From: the human T2T-CHM13v2.0 reference genome, Homo sapiens
Length of the DNA stretch: 64,000 nucleotides
Assembly: GCF_009914755.1 (NCBI RefSeq)
Contig: NC_060948.1
Direction: 5' to 3' (one strand)
This document shows positions 33,801-46,775 of the stretch, one piece after another (within the stretch, counting starts at the first letter, position 1; each line of letters begins with the position of its first letter). The notes beneath the pieces are model-generated. The model was not told the origin of the DNA. It saw only the letters and a program-made list of their open reading frames with translations, and searched no databases. Made by a program: the position numbers and the translations under genes.

Positions 33801-36800
33801 AGAGAGTACCAGAGATATGTCACCAAGTAGAAGAGCCGCATAACCTAGGTGAGAGTACCAGAGATATGTCACAATGTCCTCTTTAGGGGATAGTTCTGGC
33901 AAAAAGTACCATCACCTGTGTGTCTGGCTTTGCAAAGTTACTATCCTTCCTTTGTGCAAGGCCTATCCAGAGAAGAGAGTTACATCACCCATGTGGTGGA
34001 CACAAAAATATGTCACAATAATTTTTGTGGGTGTGGCTCAAGCAAGATTGTAGAATCACGTGGATGCTAGATCCAGTGATATATCAAAACACTTACTGAA
34101 AGAAGGGCCCAGGCAGTAGAGTCACATCACCTTGAGGTTGGCCTAGGTAGGTATCACAATCCCAGATGTTGGCCTGAAGAAGTCTAGAGAGTCAAATTAA
34201 TACAGATGCCTGGCAAATAATTATATCACTATCTCACTGTCAGAAAATTCCAAAGATAAAGTTGGCAATAACACACAAGTCCTGTTTTCCTGTGTGACAG
34301 TTGACTTCATTCATGTGAGATAATGACAGTTCTTACTGTCAGGTGCATGTGCATAGAAGATTCAAACTCTCACCATGTGTTGAGCCCTGCTTTTACTCTG
34401 TCTCTATAACCCAAAGACTTTGTAAAACATATTTGAGCATTGTAATCTTTTGTGATGTTTGTATACGAAAGTTATCCAGGACATCACCCATGTCACTAAA
34501 TTGAGTTATAACAGTCAAAATATGCTCTATTTGCTGAGTCTACATATGACAGTCATTATCATTCCTGTGAGCTTTGCCTAGGTATATGTTAAAATTCCCT
34601 CTGTAGTTATGGGGCAGGCAGAACAGCAATGTCGCTGAAATGTTGGGCCAGAAATATTCCAGTATTCTCTTTGCACGAAGTCTCCTGTCTGAAATACCAC
34701 ATACCTTGTGTGCTAAATCCAGCACAGATTCCATTGTGGTCAGTGTCTAGACATGAGAGGAGAGTCATATCACCTAAAATCTGAACCCAAAAATGTCGAA
34801 ATCCCTCCTGTTGAGAGGGTCCAGAAAAGAGTGTCATGTCATTTGGATGCAATGTTTAGAAATGCTACAATTACTAAAGGAAGGTGGGTACAGGCCAAAG
34901 AGGAGAGTCATGTACCCTAAATAATAGCTTCAAAAATATGTATGTGACTATTACCCTGAAAACATCATCAAGGTAGCACAGTCAAATCACCAAGCTGCTT
35001 GACCCAGGTATTTGTCAAAATCTCATTTGTGGGCTATACCTAGGCAGAATTATTAAATTTCTCAGGTATTGGACAACGATGTATATACAATTACACTTGT
35101 GGAAAGGTTTAAAAATAAGAATCACCATCCTATACATGTCCTGTATCTAGACATAAGAGTTGTTATATGGCAGAATATCTCCTGTTGTCAGAGAGAAGGC
35201 AAAAAAGTCACATCATCTACGTGGGTGCAAGTCCAGTGAGATATGACAATCCACCTGGTGGGCAAGACCCTGGGAGAAGAGTCAGATCACCTGGAAGCTC
35301 CTTTCAGTGACATATGAAAAACTGCTTGGTGAGGGTTTTAGACTCAGAACTTCAACAGCGGCCTTTGTAAACATGGGATGGTGGCAACTTCTAATTTCAC
35401 CTGGGTGTGTAATAGAGAGTCCCAATCTGAACTGTTTGCTGGTCAACATTATGAAAATTTCTACCACAAAAGAGTTTATTCAGTACAATTTAGTGGTGTA
35501 AACTTCTATGAGCTTGGTACAAACATGCAACCCATGACCTTACCTATTGCCACAAGCCTAACAATGAAAGGCAAAATATTGTCTATTGGCTGAATCCCAA
35601 TATAAGTTTGATCATCATGACTGTGAACTGAATCAGGGTATATATTATAGTTACATATGTATGCAAAACACTAGGTAGGAGTGTAACATCATTTTGATGC
35701 TGTGCCAGAAAATATGTCACAATGCCTTCTCTGGGCAGGGTACAGAAAATTGATTCATATTAACTGCATGCTACAATATGATACAATCCCACACATGGGA
35801 AAAACCCAGTCAAGTTATGAGAGCCAAAATATATGTATAATATGCCTAATATACTCAACATACCTTGAGTAGCTCCAGCACAAGCAGGAAACTCACATAA
35901 GGGTGCTGGGACCAGCAATATGCAATGTATAAAATTAGCTGTTTATGCAGATTCCAGGTAGATAATTAACATCATCTGGGTGCTGGGCAATGCAATAAGT
36001 CAAAATTTCTTTATTGTGGGCATGGTTTGGGTAAAAGGGGAGAGTCACATATCCTAAGTGCTGGGCTCAACAATATGCCAAAATCCTCCTATTGTGGATA
36101 CCCAGGCAGGAAGGGAGAGTCACATCACTTAGGTCATGGGCTCAGAGATATGTCCCAACGTCCCAAGTAGGCAGGGTTCAGGTAGAAGAGGAGAGGCATA
36201 TCATGTATGTGCTTCCCTAGGAATATGTCACAATGTAACATGTGGGCAAAAACCAGGCAGAAGAGCCACATCATTTGGGTGCTTGATCCCTAGATATGTC
36301 AAAGGTGCTCTTAATGCAGCACCCAGCCAAGAGAGAAACATCATACTAGGTACAGATTCTCTGATTATGCCACAATGCTCTATTTGTGTAGGGTTCAAGG
36401 AGGGAGTCGCTTAACTGAGATTATAGGCCCAGAGATATATCACAATGTCCACTATGAAGTAGATCTCTGGCAAAAGAATGCTATAACCTATGTGCCTGGC
36501 CTAGAAATATGTCACTCTCAAGGTTGGAAGGGCCTAAGCAGCAGAGCAATATAACCTAGGTGATAGGCCCAGAGATATGTCATAATGCCCTCTTTTGGGG
36601 ATCCTCTGGCAAAGGAATACCCTTGCCTGTGTGACTTTTCTTGCAATATGTCACTATCCTTCTTTCGTAATATTCTCATTTCAGAGAGAAGACTTACATC
36701 AGCTGTGAGGTGGGTGCAGAAACATGTCACAATAATTTTGGCGGGCCTGGCACAGAAAAGTATGTAACATCACCAGGGTGCTAGATCCAGTGATATGTCA

Positions 36801-39800
36801 CAATCTTTACTGAAAGATATGATCAGGCAGAAGAGTCATATCACCTTGACGTTGGCCTTGGTAGGTATCATAATCCCATATGTGGGCTGGAACAAGTCTG
36901 GTGAGTCAAATTACACAGGTGATTGGCAAAGATTTATATCACAATCACACAGCCAGAGCATTTCAAAGATAAGATTTATGATACCACACATGTCCTGTTT
37001 TCATGTGTGACAGTTGCCTTCATTCATGTGAGATTGTAACAGTCCTTACTTTCAGTGTGGTGTGCATACAAGACTCACAATTTTGCCTGGGTGCTGAGCC
37101 CTGCTTTGACTCAGTCTACATAGTCCAAAGACTTTCTAAAATATACGTGAATGTTGTAATCCTTTGTGACCTTTGCACAAGAAGGAGATGCAGGACATGT
37201 CCCTAAACTTAACAATAGGGGTCAAAATATTCCCTATTTTCTAAGTCCACATATGAGAGTCATTATCATGCCCGTGAGCCATGTCTAGGTATATGTTAGA
37301 ATTCCATCTGTGGTTCTGAAGTAGGCAGAACAGCCACATCACCTAAATGCTGAGCTAGAAGCTAGAAGTATTTTGATTTTTTTTTTGTAGGCAGGGTCTT
37401 ATCAGAAATCTCACAAAACTTGTGTGCTAAATTCAGCTTTGTGGAACAATGTGCTTTGTGGCACAATGTCCTTTGTGGGCAGTGTCCAGGAAGGACAGGA
37501 GAGTAATATCACCTAAATGATGGCCTGAAAATATGTGAAAATACCAACTGCTGATAGCACCTAGGAAAGGAGTGATATCATTTGGATGTAGTGTTTAGAA
37601 AAGCTAGAATTACCAAAGGAAGCAGGGTACAGGCAAAAGAGGAGAGTAATGTAACCTAGATGAAGAGTCCAGGAATATGTTACAATCTCCCCTGAGGACA
37701 TTTTTAAGACACCTCAGTCAAACCACCAAGGTGCTTGGCCAATGTATCTGTCAAAAACTCATTTATGAGGTATACTTAGGCAGAACTATTAAATCACTCA
37801 GTAGTTGGGCAAAGGTATATGTCACAATTACCCTTGTGGAAAGGCTTAAGACTAAGAGCCACCATCTTGCGCAAATCCTAGGCTCCAGGCATGTGAGTTG
37901 TTATTAGGCTTCTGTTATAATCTCTGGTATGTGGCATTATATCACTTGTGGCAAGAGGAAAGAAAAAAAAAGAAAGAAAGAAATTCCCACCACCTATGAG
38001 GGTGCAGTTCCAGTGAGATGTTACAATCCACCTTGTGGGAAGGACCCTGGTGGAAGAGTCACATCACCTGGATACTAATTTCAGTGACATATCAAAACCC
38101 CCTCTCTGGGCAGGATTTTGGTAAGAGAGGAGCCTCACTTCACCAAGGCAATTGACCTAGATATATGTCACAATATTTTTTCCGTGCAGTAACAGAGCCG
38201 GAGAGTGGCATCACACTGTTGCTGAGTGTAGCTTTATTTCATAATCACCCTGTGGTCAAGGTACAGGCAAAAGCCAAGAAACATCACCTAGGTGCTGAGC
38301 CAAGTGATATGTTACCATGCTTCCTGTTGTCAGAACCCATAAAGTAGAATCACATCACCTTGGTTCAGTACATAGTTGTGTGTCACAATGCACTGTAAGT
38401 GAAGGGTCAAAGCAGTAGCAGGGAGCCATAATACTTACGTGATAGACCTAGATATAACACAGAATTCTTTTTGTAGGCAGATTTAATGCAGATAACTCAC
38501 ATCACCTGGGTGATGGTTCCAGTGATATATAGAAGTTCCCATTGTAAGCAGAGCCATGAAAGAGGTGATCTATTTCTTAGTTGCTTGTTCCACAGATGGC
38601 ACAATTTCTTCTGTGGTCTGGGCCTAGAAAAGAGAGTCAAATTGCTGATGCACTGGGCAAAGTTACCTTGTCCCAATCACACTCTCAGAAAGGTTCAGAA
38701 ATAAGTTTCACATCACACACAAGTCCTGGTTTTGTTTATGTGAGTCAACTCTTTCTATGAGTTGGGTTGAAGTAAAGAAGTCACAATCTCAACATTGAGG
38801 CAGATCCATGTATAAGATCCCCAATCCCACTTGAAGACTGTGTTCCAGTAGGAGAGTCAGAGCACAACAGTGTGCTGAATCATGGTTCAAATGTTACAAA
38901 ACCATCTGTGAATCAGATTCCTGAATGAGAGTAATTATTTCAACCTTCGACTGCTTTTTATCCGTGAGATTTAGTACCTCATTCCTAGGCCCTGTTCTGT
39001 GTGAGAATGACAATCATGTCAGCTAGGTGTGCATACAAGGGTCTCATTCGTGCCTCGTTGTTGTTCTTGCTTATGATCCTCTTTGTAACATTAAGACTTT
39101 ATATGATGTACCTGAGTGTTATAATCCTTTGTGAACTTTATAACATTGAAAAACCCAGGACTTTACCCAATGGCTGTGAGACTGGTTCTGAGAGCCAAAG
39201 TATCTCTACTGTCTAAGTCCAGGTATGAGAGTTATTATTATGCATCTGTGCTTAACCAAGCTACATGTTACAATTTCACCTGAGAGCAGGGAAAAGGCAG
39301 GAGAGTCTCATCACCTGGGTGCTGAGCCAGTGATACAGCATAATCTCATTCATAGGCTAGACCTATTCAGAAGAGTCACGTCACCTGGGTATAGCATCAA
39401 ATAATATGTCACCAACCCCACTATAGACAAGGGAGAAGAAAAAGATGAGTCACTCCCCATGGATGCTGTGCTGTGCAATATGTAATAATCCCCTTGCTGG
39501 CAAGCATCTAGAATATGAAGGAGAGTCCCTTCACCTAGGTTTTGCAGTCAGTGGAATGTCAGAACTTTTTTGGTAAGCAGGACCCTGTCAGGAGAGGAGA
39601 TCACATAATCTAGATGTTAAGCCAATCAATATTTCACGGTCTTCTGATGGCAGTGCACAGGCAGGGGCCACAAATTACCTAGCTTACAGGTCCAGAGATA
39701 TGGGATAATTTCCCCTGTTGGCAGGTCCCAGGCAGAACAGTCACATTATTATAATTCTAAACCAGCGGCATATCACAAGACACCCATGTGAAAAAAATTT

Positions 39801-41908
39801 AATCCAAAAAGTCACAACACCTGGGTACTAGGCCAAAACCTTTTGTCTCTGATGTTGACACCATTAAATATAAGCTGGGTGTGTATAACAGAGCCACACT
39901 TTTGCATGTTTCCTACCTTTTTTTATGACACTCTACAACATTTGAAGGCTTTATACAGCATCCATGAGAGTGGCAAACCACTCTGACCCCTACTTGCTAG
40001 TATGGATTCACGATCTTACACATTGCCCTAAAACCCAGGTTTTATGTCTTCTGTAGGCTGGATTAAGGATGAGATCCATTATTACTTTTGTGAGCTGGAT
40101 GTAAAAATGGGTCACCATCCCACCTGTGGTGAGATACACATAGGAAGGTCAAATTCCAACTTTGTACTGTAGTTACTTTTTGGAATCAGGACCTTAACAG
40201 TGGGCTTTGGCCATGTGGGATGGAAACATTTGCTTTCATTTAGGTGCATAATCAAGAATCCCAATCTGAACATTTTGCTGGTCCTTGTCTTGAAACTCTC
40301 TGCATCTCCCAAGGAAGGTGTTATAAGTAAGTGTTTTAATGTTCTGTAAGCTTTGTACAAATATGCAACCGAGGACCTTTCATATTGCCCTGAGCCTAGT
40401 GACGAAAGGCAAAATATCTCCTATTGGTTGAATTTCAATATAAGTTTGACCATCATGCCTGTGATCTCAAGTAATGTGTATGTCACAGTCCCATTTGTGA
40501 GCAAAAACTATGCAGCAGGGTAACATCTCTTTGGTGCTGTGCCAAGCAACATGTCACAATACCCTCCCTAGGCAGGGTACAGGAATTAGAGTCACATTAA
40601 ATTGGTGCTGGACTCAGCAATACAAAACCATCTTACCTGTGAAAGAGACCCAGCCAAAAGATAAGAATCAGAACACCTACATGATGGGCCCAGGACATGT
40701 CAAAATACGTTCCGTGGCTCCAGGACAGTCATGAGTCATGATATAATGTCCTCCTCTGGACAGTAAATTAACAGGGTTTGGCCCCAGCAATATACCATAC
40801 CTCTCTGTGTTTGCAGGACTTAGGCAAAAGAGGAACGTAACCTGGGTGCTGGGCCCTGCAATAGGCCAACAATTCTGATTGTGGGAATGGTTTCAGAAAA
40901 TAAGGAGAGTCAAACAACCTGAGTTCTGGGCTCTGCAATCCATTCATTGTAAAAATCAGACAGAAGATGAGTCACTTCACTTTAGTCTTGGGCTCAGAGA
41001 TATATCCCAATGTTCCCAGTATGCAGGTCCCATGAAGAAAAGGACAGTCATATCACTTAGGTGCTTCCGTAGTTGTATGTCACAATCTAACATGTGGGCA
41101 GAAACCAGGCAGAAGAGCCACACCACCTGGGTATGGCCTCAAGCAATATGTCACCATGCCCAATGTAGACAGTTTGCAGAAAATAAAGAAAATCACACCA
41201 CCTGGGTGCTGGGCTCAGAAATATGTAATAATTTCCTTTATTGGTACAATTCAGGACAAAGAGAACATTAATGTCACCTAGGTTTTGCACTCAGTTCAGG
41301 ACAAAGAGAACATTAATGTCACCAAGTTTTGCACTCACAATTTCTTCAGTGGACAGGATCCAGGCAGGAGAGCAGAGTCACCTTAGCTATATGCTATATC
41401 TAGCAATATGTTACAGAGTTCCCTATGGAAAAGGCACTGACAGGAGAGACATCTTACCTAGCCAACAGGCACAGAGATATGTGAAAATATCCCCTGTTTG
41501 CAGAGCCCAGGCAGAAGAGTCACAGTATTATGTTCTGATCCATTGATATGTAACATGCCCTTCTGGAAAATAATTTGAACCAAAAAGTCTCAACACTGGG
41601 GTACCAGGTCAAGGATATGACACAATCTCCTCAACTTTAAGGGTGACACCATTAACTGTTACCTAGTTGTGCATATGTCAGTCACAAACTCACGTGGGTG
41701 CTGGCCATTGTGTGACACTCTATACAACCTCTGAGAACTTTAAACAACATCCATGAGAGTTGAAAACTCACTGAGGCCTACATGCTTATATGGACTCATG
41801 ATCTTACATATTTCACTAAGCTCAGATATGACAGTCAACATCTCTCTTACACATGCTGGCTTCAGGGAGGAGACCATTATTAGCCCTGTGAGCTGGGTCC
41901 AGAATTGA

Positions 41909-42335
<427 letters not shown>

Positions 42336-45300
42336 GGTAATAACTTTTACTTTCACCTGAATGTGTTGTGGAGAGTCACAATACTAATATTTTTCTGGAC
42401 CCTCTTATGAAATTGTCTGTACCACCCAAGAAGGTTTTGTAATATAAGTTAGTGTTGTAAAATTCTGTAAGCTTGTTCAACTAAGCAATGAAGGACTTTA
42501 CCTACTGACCTAAACCTAGTGGTGAAAGGCAAAATATATCCAATTGGCTGAATCCCAATAGAAGCATGATCGTCATGCTTTTGAACTGAAGAAATGTATA
42601 TGTCATAACAATTTGTGGACAAAAATCTAGACAGAAGGTTGACATCACTTAGGTGCTACGGCAAGAAACATGATACAATACCTTGTGTAGGGGGGTCATA
42701 GGAAACAGGGTCACATTAACTGGGCTCTGGAGCCAGCAATATGGCACAACCTCACATGGAAGAAATCTAGCAAAGTGAGGAGACCCAAAACACATATGGA
42801 GTGGGCCAAAGATATATAAAAATAGCTTCTGTGGCTCTGGCACAGGCAGGAGAGTCACATCATTAGCATGCTAGGCCCAGCAATATGCTGAAATTCCTTC
42901 TTTATGCATGGCCCATGCATAAGTGTAACATAATCCAGGTGGGGGGACCTGAACTACAGCAAAATTCCTGTTTGTGAGCATTGTTTGGCAACATGATGAG
43001 AGTCACGTTTCCTAAGTACTGGACTCATCAGCATGTCACAATCTTCCCATTGTAAAAGCTTAGACAGAATAAGAAACTCACATCACTTAGGCCATGGGGT
43101 CAAAGATATGACCCAATAACACAAGTAGGCAGTGCTCAGGCGGAAATAGACAGTCATAACACCTAGATGCTTTTTTAGGTATATGTCACAATTTCATCCA
43201 TGTCCAGTCCTTTCATTCAGTTCTTTCTTTCTATCAGCTGGGTGTGCATACAAGACTCACAATTTCACCTGTATGCTGAGCCCTTCTTTGATTCTGCATG
43301 TATAACCCAAAGACTGTAAAATATGTGTGAGTGTTGTAATATTTTGTGACCTTTGTAGAAGAAGGTGATATGGGATATCACACATGTCCCTAAATGTAGT
43401 TATAATAGTCAAAATATCCTCTATTGTCTGAGTACACATGTAAGAGTCATTATCATTTCTGAGAGCCATGCCTAGGTATCAGTTACAACATTCTCTGTGG
43501 TTATAAAGCAGGCTGAATAGTCATATCGCCTAAATTCTGGACCAAACATATTCCAATATTCTCTTTGGAGGCAGGGTCGTGTCAGAAATGTCACATAACT
43601 TGTGTGCTAGATACAGCTCTGTGGCACAATGTTATTTGCGGGCAGTGTCCAGGCAGAAGAGGAGAGTCATATCACCTAAATGTTGAGCCCCAAAATATGT
43701 CACAATGTCTCCTATTGGCAGGACACAGACAAAATTGTCATATCATTTGGATATAGTGTTTAGAAATGCTACAATTACCAAAGCGAGCTGGGTACAGGCA
43801 GGAGAGGGGAGCCATGTAACCTAGGTGATGTGTCCAGAAATATGTTACAAAATCCCCTGAGGACATTGTTAAGATAGCAAGAGTCAAATCACCAAGGTGC
43901 TTGACCCAGGTGTTTGTCAAGATCTCATTTGTGGGTGATACCTAGGCAGAATTATTAAATCTCTCAGGAGCTGGGCAAAGGTACATGTCACAATTACACC
44001 TGTGGAAAAGTTTAAGAGTCACCATACTGCACATGTCTTGGCTCCAGGCGTATTAGCTGTTATTAGGCTTTTGTTATGGTCTCAGGTATATGGCACAATA
44101 TCACCTCTGGTCAGAGAGAATGCAAGAAAGTCACATCACCTACATGGGTGTGGCTCCATTGAGATATCACAATCCACCCTGTGGGCAGAACCTTGGCAGA
44201 AAAGTCACATCACCTGGCTGCTGGTTTGAGTGACATCAAAGCCCCATTGTGAACATGACTTTGGAAAGAGGGGAGACTCAGTTAACCTAGGCAATTGACC
44301 TAGGTATATGTCACAATGGCCCTTATGTGCAGTACCAAGGCTGGAGAGTGACCTCACATTGGCCCGTTGGTTCAGCAATATGTCACAATCGGCCTGTGGT
44401 GAGGGCACAGGCAAAAGTGAAGAAATATCACCTTAGGTTCTGAGCTGAGTGATATGTTACAATGCTTCCTGCTAGAAGAATGCAAAAAAGAGTATCTCAA
44501 CACCTGGATGAAGTGCCCAGTTAAGTGTCACAATTCACTGTAACTGAAGGGCCAAGGCAGTACAAAGGAGTCACATCACTTATGTGATGGACCTAGATAT
44601 AGGACACAATTTTCTTTGTAGTCAGGCTTCAGGCAGATAATTTACATCACCTTGGTGATGGTACCAGTAATATATAAAAGTACCCTTTTTAGGCAGACTC
44701 AAGGAACATGTTATATATTGCTTAGGTGCCTGTTCCACATATGGCACAATTTCATTGTGGTCTGAGCCTAGAAAAGAGAGTCAGATTATTTATGTGCTGG
44801 GCAAAGTTACCTGCCCCAATCACATGCTAAGAAAGGTTCAGAAATAATTTTCACAACCCACACAAGTCCTGGTTTCATGTATGTGAATCAATCCTGTCTA
44901 TGACTTAGGCCAAAGTAGAGGAGTCACAATCTGAACAATGGGCAAGATCCATGTATAAGAGCCCCAATGACTTATTGTGTCAATGAGATTGTGTCATATC
45001 ACTGGGCTTAGTAGCCCATTGTTAGAACTTTTGTTTAAATTGTTTCCCATGTGTGCATTATAACACTCTTCTGCCTGGGTACTGCAAACAAGAAATATTG
45101 TCACATGTCTCTGAGCCTATCTGCTAGGTGATTTGTCTGTTTTAGCTGTGCTTTGCTCCCAGGGAACATTGTGACATCTTTTAATGTGGCACCTAGGAAA
45201 TGTGACTTCTCTTTTCTGCCTAGGTCCTGTGCACTAAAGAAATATGTACATAGTGCTGAATGCAAAACTTAAATAATGCAACTCTCCTCTTTTTTTCTGG

Positions 45301-46687
45301 AGTCTGAAAAAAGAGGGCATTATTAAATATTGCTGAGGCTAGCACCTTAATGCTGTATCCAGATGATATAACTCTTCTGACTTGGCACTGTCTGCAAAAG
45401 AGATTATAATGTATTCTGAGCTCAAAATCCTGGTGATGAGACTCTTCTTCCTTAGTTCTGCCCACAGGAGAAATAGTGACATATACATGAGTTCAGCTCA
45501 CATGTACAAATATAGCTATCATACCTGGACCCATAAAGAAGAGACATTTGGACTCTCAAAACTGGTCGTATGTCCATAAGTAAAGCAATGGGTCTACTAA
45601 TTTTATAAAGTTCACAGAGGACTATGACACTCAGGCATATGATATAAATCCTGAGTGAGTCAGGATTTATACTCAATGTGACTACTATTGAGTATAAAAC
45701 CTAGGTGATATATCCACAGGGACAGCAAGCCATTGCTATTGTGACTCTTGGATAAACACTCAGCTGGCACATTTATGTATCACTGGGACCAGCATCCAGG
45801 TGATGTGAATTCTTTGCCTGAGTGCTGCCTAAAAAGAGCATTTTGGCTTATATCTAGATCAATCAAGTAAGTGATGTGACTCTCTTCTACTGCCTTCACC
45901 CTGCACTTATGGTGCATTGAACACATAACTGGGTTCTGCACCCAGGTGATGTGACTCTCCCTTTTGGGTTCTGCCAACAAGAAGCTTTGTAACATATCAC
46001 TTTGCTCAGCACCTAAGTCATGTTTCTTCTATCTTATCTCGACCTGATCACAGGGGAGACTGTGACATATTGATAAGTCCAGCACCAAGGCGTGGTCACT
46101 TTCACACCTTGGTTTTGCACATAGCAGCCATTGTGATGTGTATCTATTCCAATTGCCTAGGTTACATGAGCCTCCTCTCTTTCTTAATCCTTGCCAACAG
46201 GTGGAATTTTGATATATCACTAAAACCAGCATCCAGATGATATGATTCTTCTTCCAGGGTCCTGCCCACAGATGGATTGTGACATCTCACTGGACCAGCA
46301 CCCACCCAGGTGTGGTGACCTTCCCACTTGCTTGCCACCCACAGGTGATATTGTGCCATGTACTTAAGATGAGATAAGAGGACTAATGATGACTCTTAAA
46401 TCCGGAGACAGGTCATATGCAAGATGGTGACTCCCAATCCTGAAGCATTTCACTAGTGTGATTGTGACATATACATTTGCCCAGCTTCTGAGTGATTTCA
46501 TAATCCTGCCTAGGTGTAGTCCACAGGTGAGATTCACACATATACTTCAGCTGGTCACCACGGTGATTTGACTCACCTGTCTTAACAATATCCTCAGAAA
46601 GTATTGTAATATGTCTCTGAATCCATCATCTAGGTTACCTGTCTCTCCTCCTCTGCCTGGACCCTGCTTCCATTGGGGATTGTAGCA

Positions 46688-46775
46688 ATATTTTTCCTTT
46701 TTCTTTTTTCTTTTTGTCACCTAGGTTGGAGTGCAGTGGTGCAATCTCAGCTCACTGCAACCACCGCCTTGGAGG
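46688..46775 (-). mobile_element. Tiny Alu right-arm fragment
   Basis: 'ggagtgcagtggtgcaatctcagctcactgcaacc' plus T-rich tail; TSD ttgtagca at 46680-46687 and 46776-46783. Confidence 0.75.

Noticed and set aside
44000-46000. Centre of a Y-type near-perfect palindrome
   Set aside because: The arms are not mirror images around the flip and look only ~75-80% similar by eye.
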